NCBI RefSeq assembly: GCF_006345805.1
Contig: NC_043011.1
Location: forward strand, 44,962,464-45,026,463
Reading direction: 5' to 3'
DNA length: 64,000 bases
Source of the DNA: Octopus sinensis
Taxonomy: Eukaryota
A program made the position numbers and the translations under genes. The number at the start of each line of letters is the position of its first letter. Position 1 is the stretch's first letter. The notes under the pieces are model-generated. The model ran no database searches and had not been told where the DNA came from. It was given only the letters and a program-made list of their open reading frames with translations. Shown piece by piece: positions 62,394-64,000 of this stretch.

Positions 62394-64000
62394 TGCATAT
62401 AAATTATTAATGTACTTGCAAGAGATCTTGTGAGGTTGTATATCTGTGTTAGAGATCAATAAGGATATTAAAAGATGCACATGGTGAATGTAAAGCTGTA
62501 ATCCAAATAGATGAAATGGTGGTACAAGATGATTTTAAGAAGAATCTTCGGTGGGTACAAAGTCTTGATAGCCGTTTCGAGAATATATATGTTGGAATGA
62601 GTGAGTTATTTGCAGCCATAATGATCATCTGCATTTCTCTCGTCAGGGGTAATTTAAGAGGCTTCTGAGATATATTTATCACTGACCGATTAGGCTATCT
62701 GATGTTGCTACACATCGCTGGTCACAATGCGCTTCGCATTGTTTTAGCCTTCAAATGATGCCATCCTGCTGGCTAAGCGAGCAGGCCAACAGAGGAAAGA
62801 GTGAGAGAAAGTTGTGGCGAAAGAGTACAGCAGGGATTGCCACCGCCTCCTGCCGGAGCCTTGTAGAGCTTTAGGTGTTTTCGCTAAATAAACACTCACA
62901 ACGCCCGGTCTGGGAATCGAAACCACAATCCTACGATCATGAGTCCGCTGCCCTAACCACTGGGCCATTTCGCCTCCGCACACACACACACATAGTTGTA
63001 ATAATGAAGTCAAACCAAATACTGATGTTTTTGTAATGGATGTGTTTCCTGTCATATATTATTATATATTAGGCAAACCTGAAACATGTATCACTGTTTG
63101 ATTTGACTTCATTATCACAACTAATACATCTTGATGCCTGTACAAACGAGCCAGTCCAGACTCCACTTACACAGACACTCTAACAACAATTTGCATTAGC
63201 TTGTTACATTTGACTGGAGTCGCAAATTCTGGTGCTAAGCACCACTTCTTAGCATAACACTGTGTGTGTGTGTGTGTGTGTGTGACTGACTGATTGACTG
63301 TCTTCTTCCTTGCTTTGACTTCATGAATACAAGAATACATGTATTGTATTCATGAATACAATACATGAATGAAGAATACAAGAAGTACTGGTCACTGGGA
63401 GATTCACCCTTATTTGAAAACAGGTGAGGGTTGGCAACAGTAAGGGCATCAAGCTGTAGAAAATCTGCCACAACAAATTCTCTCTGACCCATGCAAGCAT
63501 GGAAAAGTGGATGTTAAAAGATGGTAATGTGAACTTTACCTACTCAACTATTCCTACGTCCCAAATTTCTTGCCTTGTGCCTATGCAAGAAACCAATTTG
63601 ATTAAAACTTACATTGTGAAAGACACACCCACATATCATTTGACAGTTGCAAAATGCTCTCCACACATTTTCTAGATGGGTTGGTTGCAATTGCTTTGAA
63701 ATACCTGTTTTTATAAACCCTCTGTACTCATACAATTTTTCTTATGTTTTGTGAGACACCGGTATATCTGGTTCAAGAAATACCCTCATGTGGTTGTCTG
63801 ACCTGCTAAAAATAGCAACCAAATCTCCTTCAATAACATTCTGTTGTCTTAATTATAAGGACACCTTAGATAATGCAGTCCTGCATAACCCTAAAAAAAA
63901 AAAAAGCAAGATGGTCATGCATGGTATGTCTTTGATCATAGGTCTGTTCAATCAGGATTGACCAGGAATTCAAAAAACACTATAAAGTCAAAAGAGGGGC

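Overview
This is eukaryotic, AT-rich, repeat-dense genomic DNA. The SINE, MITE and microsatellite repertoire looks like an octopod cephalopod (inference, not verified). I can support only two host coding segments, both on the + strand, about 49 kb apart: 8312-8722 and 58007-58249. Both encode the N-terminal part of a type II phosphatidylinositol 4-kinase (PI4K2) up to the glycine-rich loop (QGSSGSYF versus KGSSGCYF). Both end at the same phase-0 GTAAGT donor. I could not find the expected next exon (FKPK..EEPYG, CCPCC) anywhere in the window. The simplest model is one PI4K2 gene with two homologous, mutually exclusive first coding exons and separate promoters; the alternative is a truncated or tandem paralog. 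The rest is intronic or intergenic sequence filled with tRNA-derived SINEs, RTE-tail elements, CR1, mariner and Tigger relics, Helitron-like and TTAA-flanked non-autonomous elements, and mini- and microsatellites. Three different palindromic repeat families each carry a minimal type-I hammerhead-ribozyme-like motif in their arms, of the kind known from Penelope-like elements. Repeat boundaries were read by eye and are approximate (about +/-10-20 nt).
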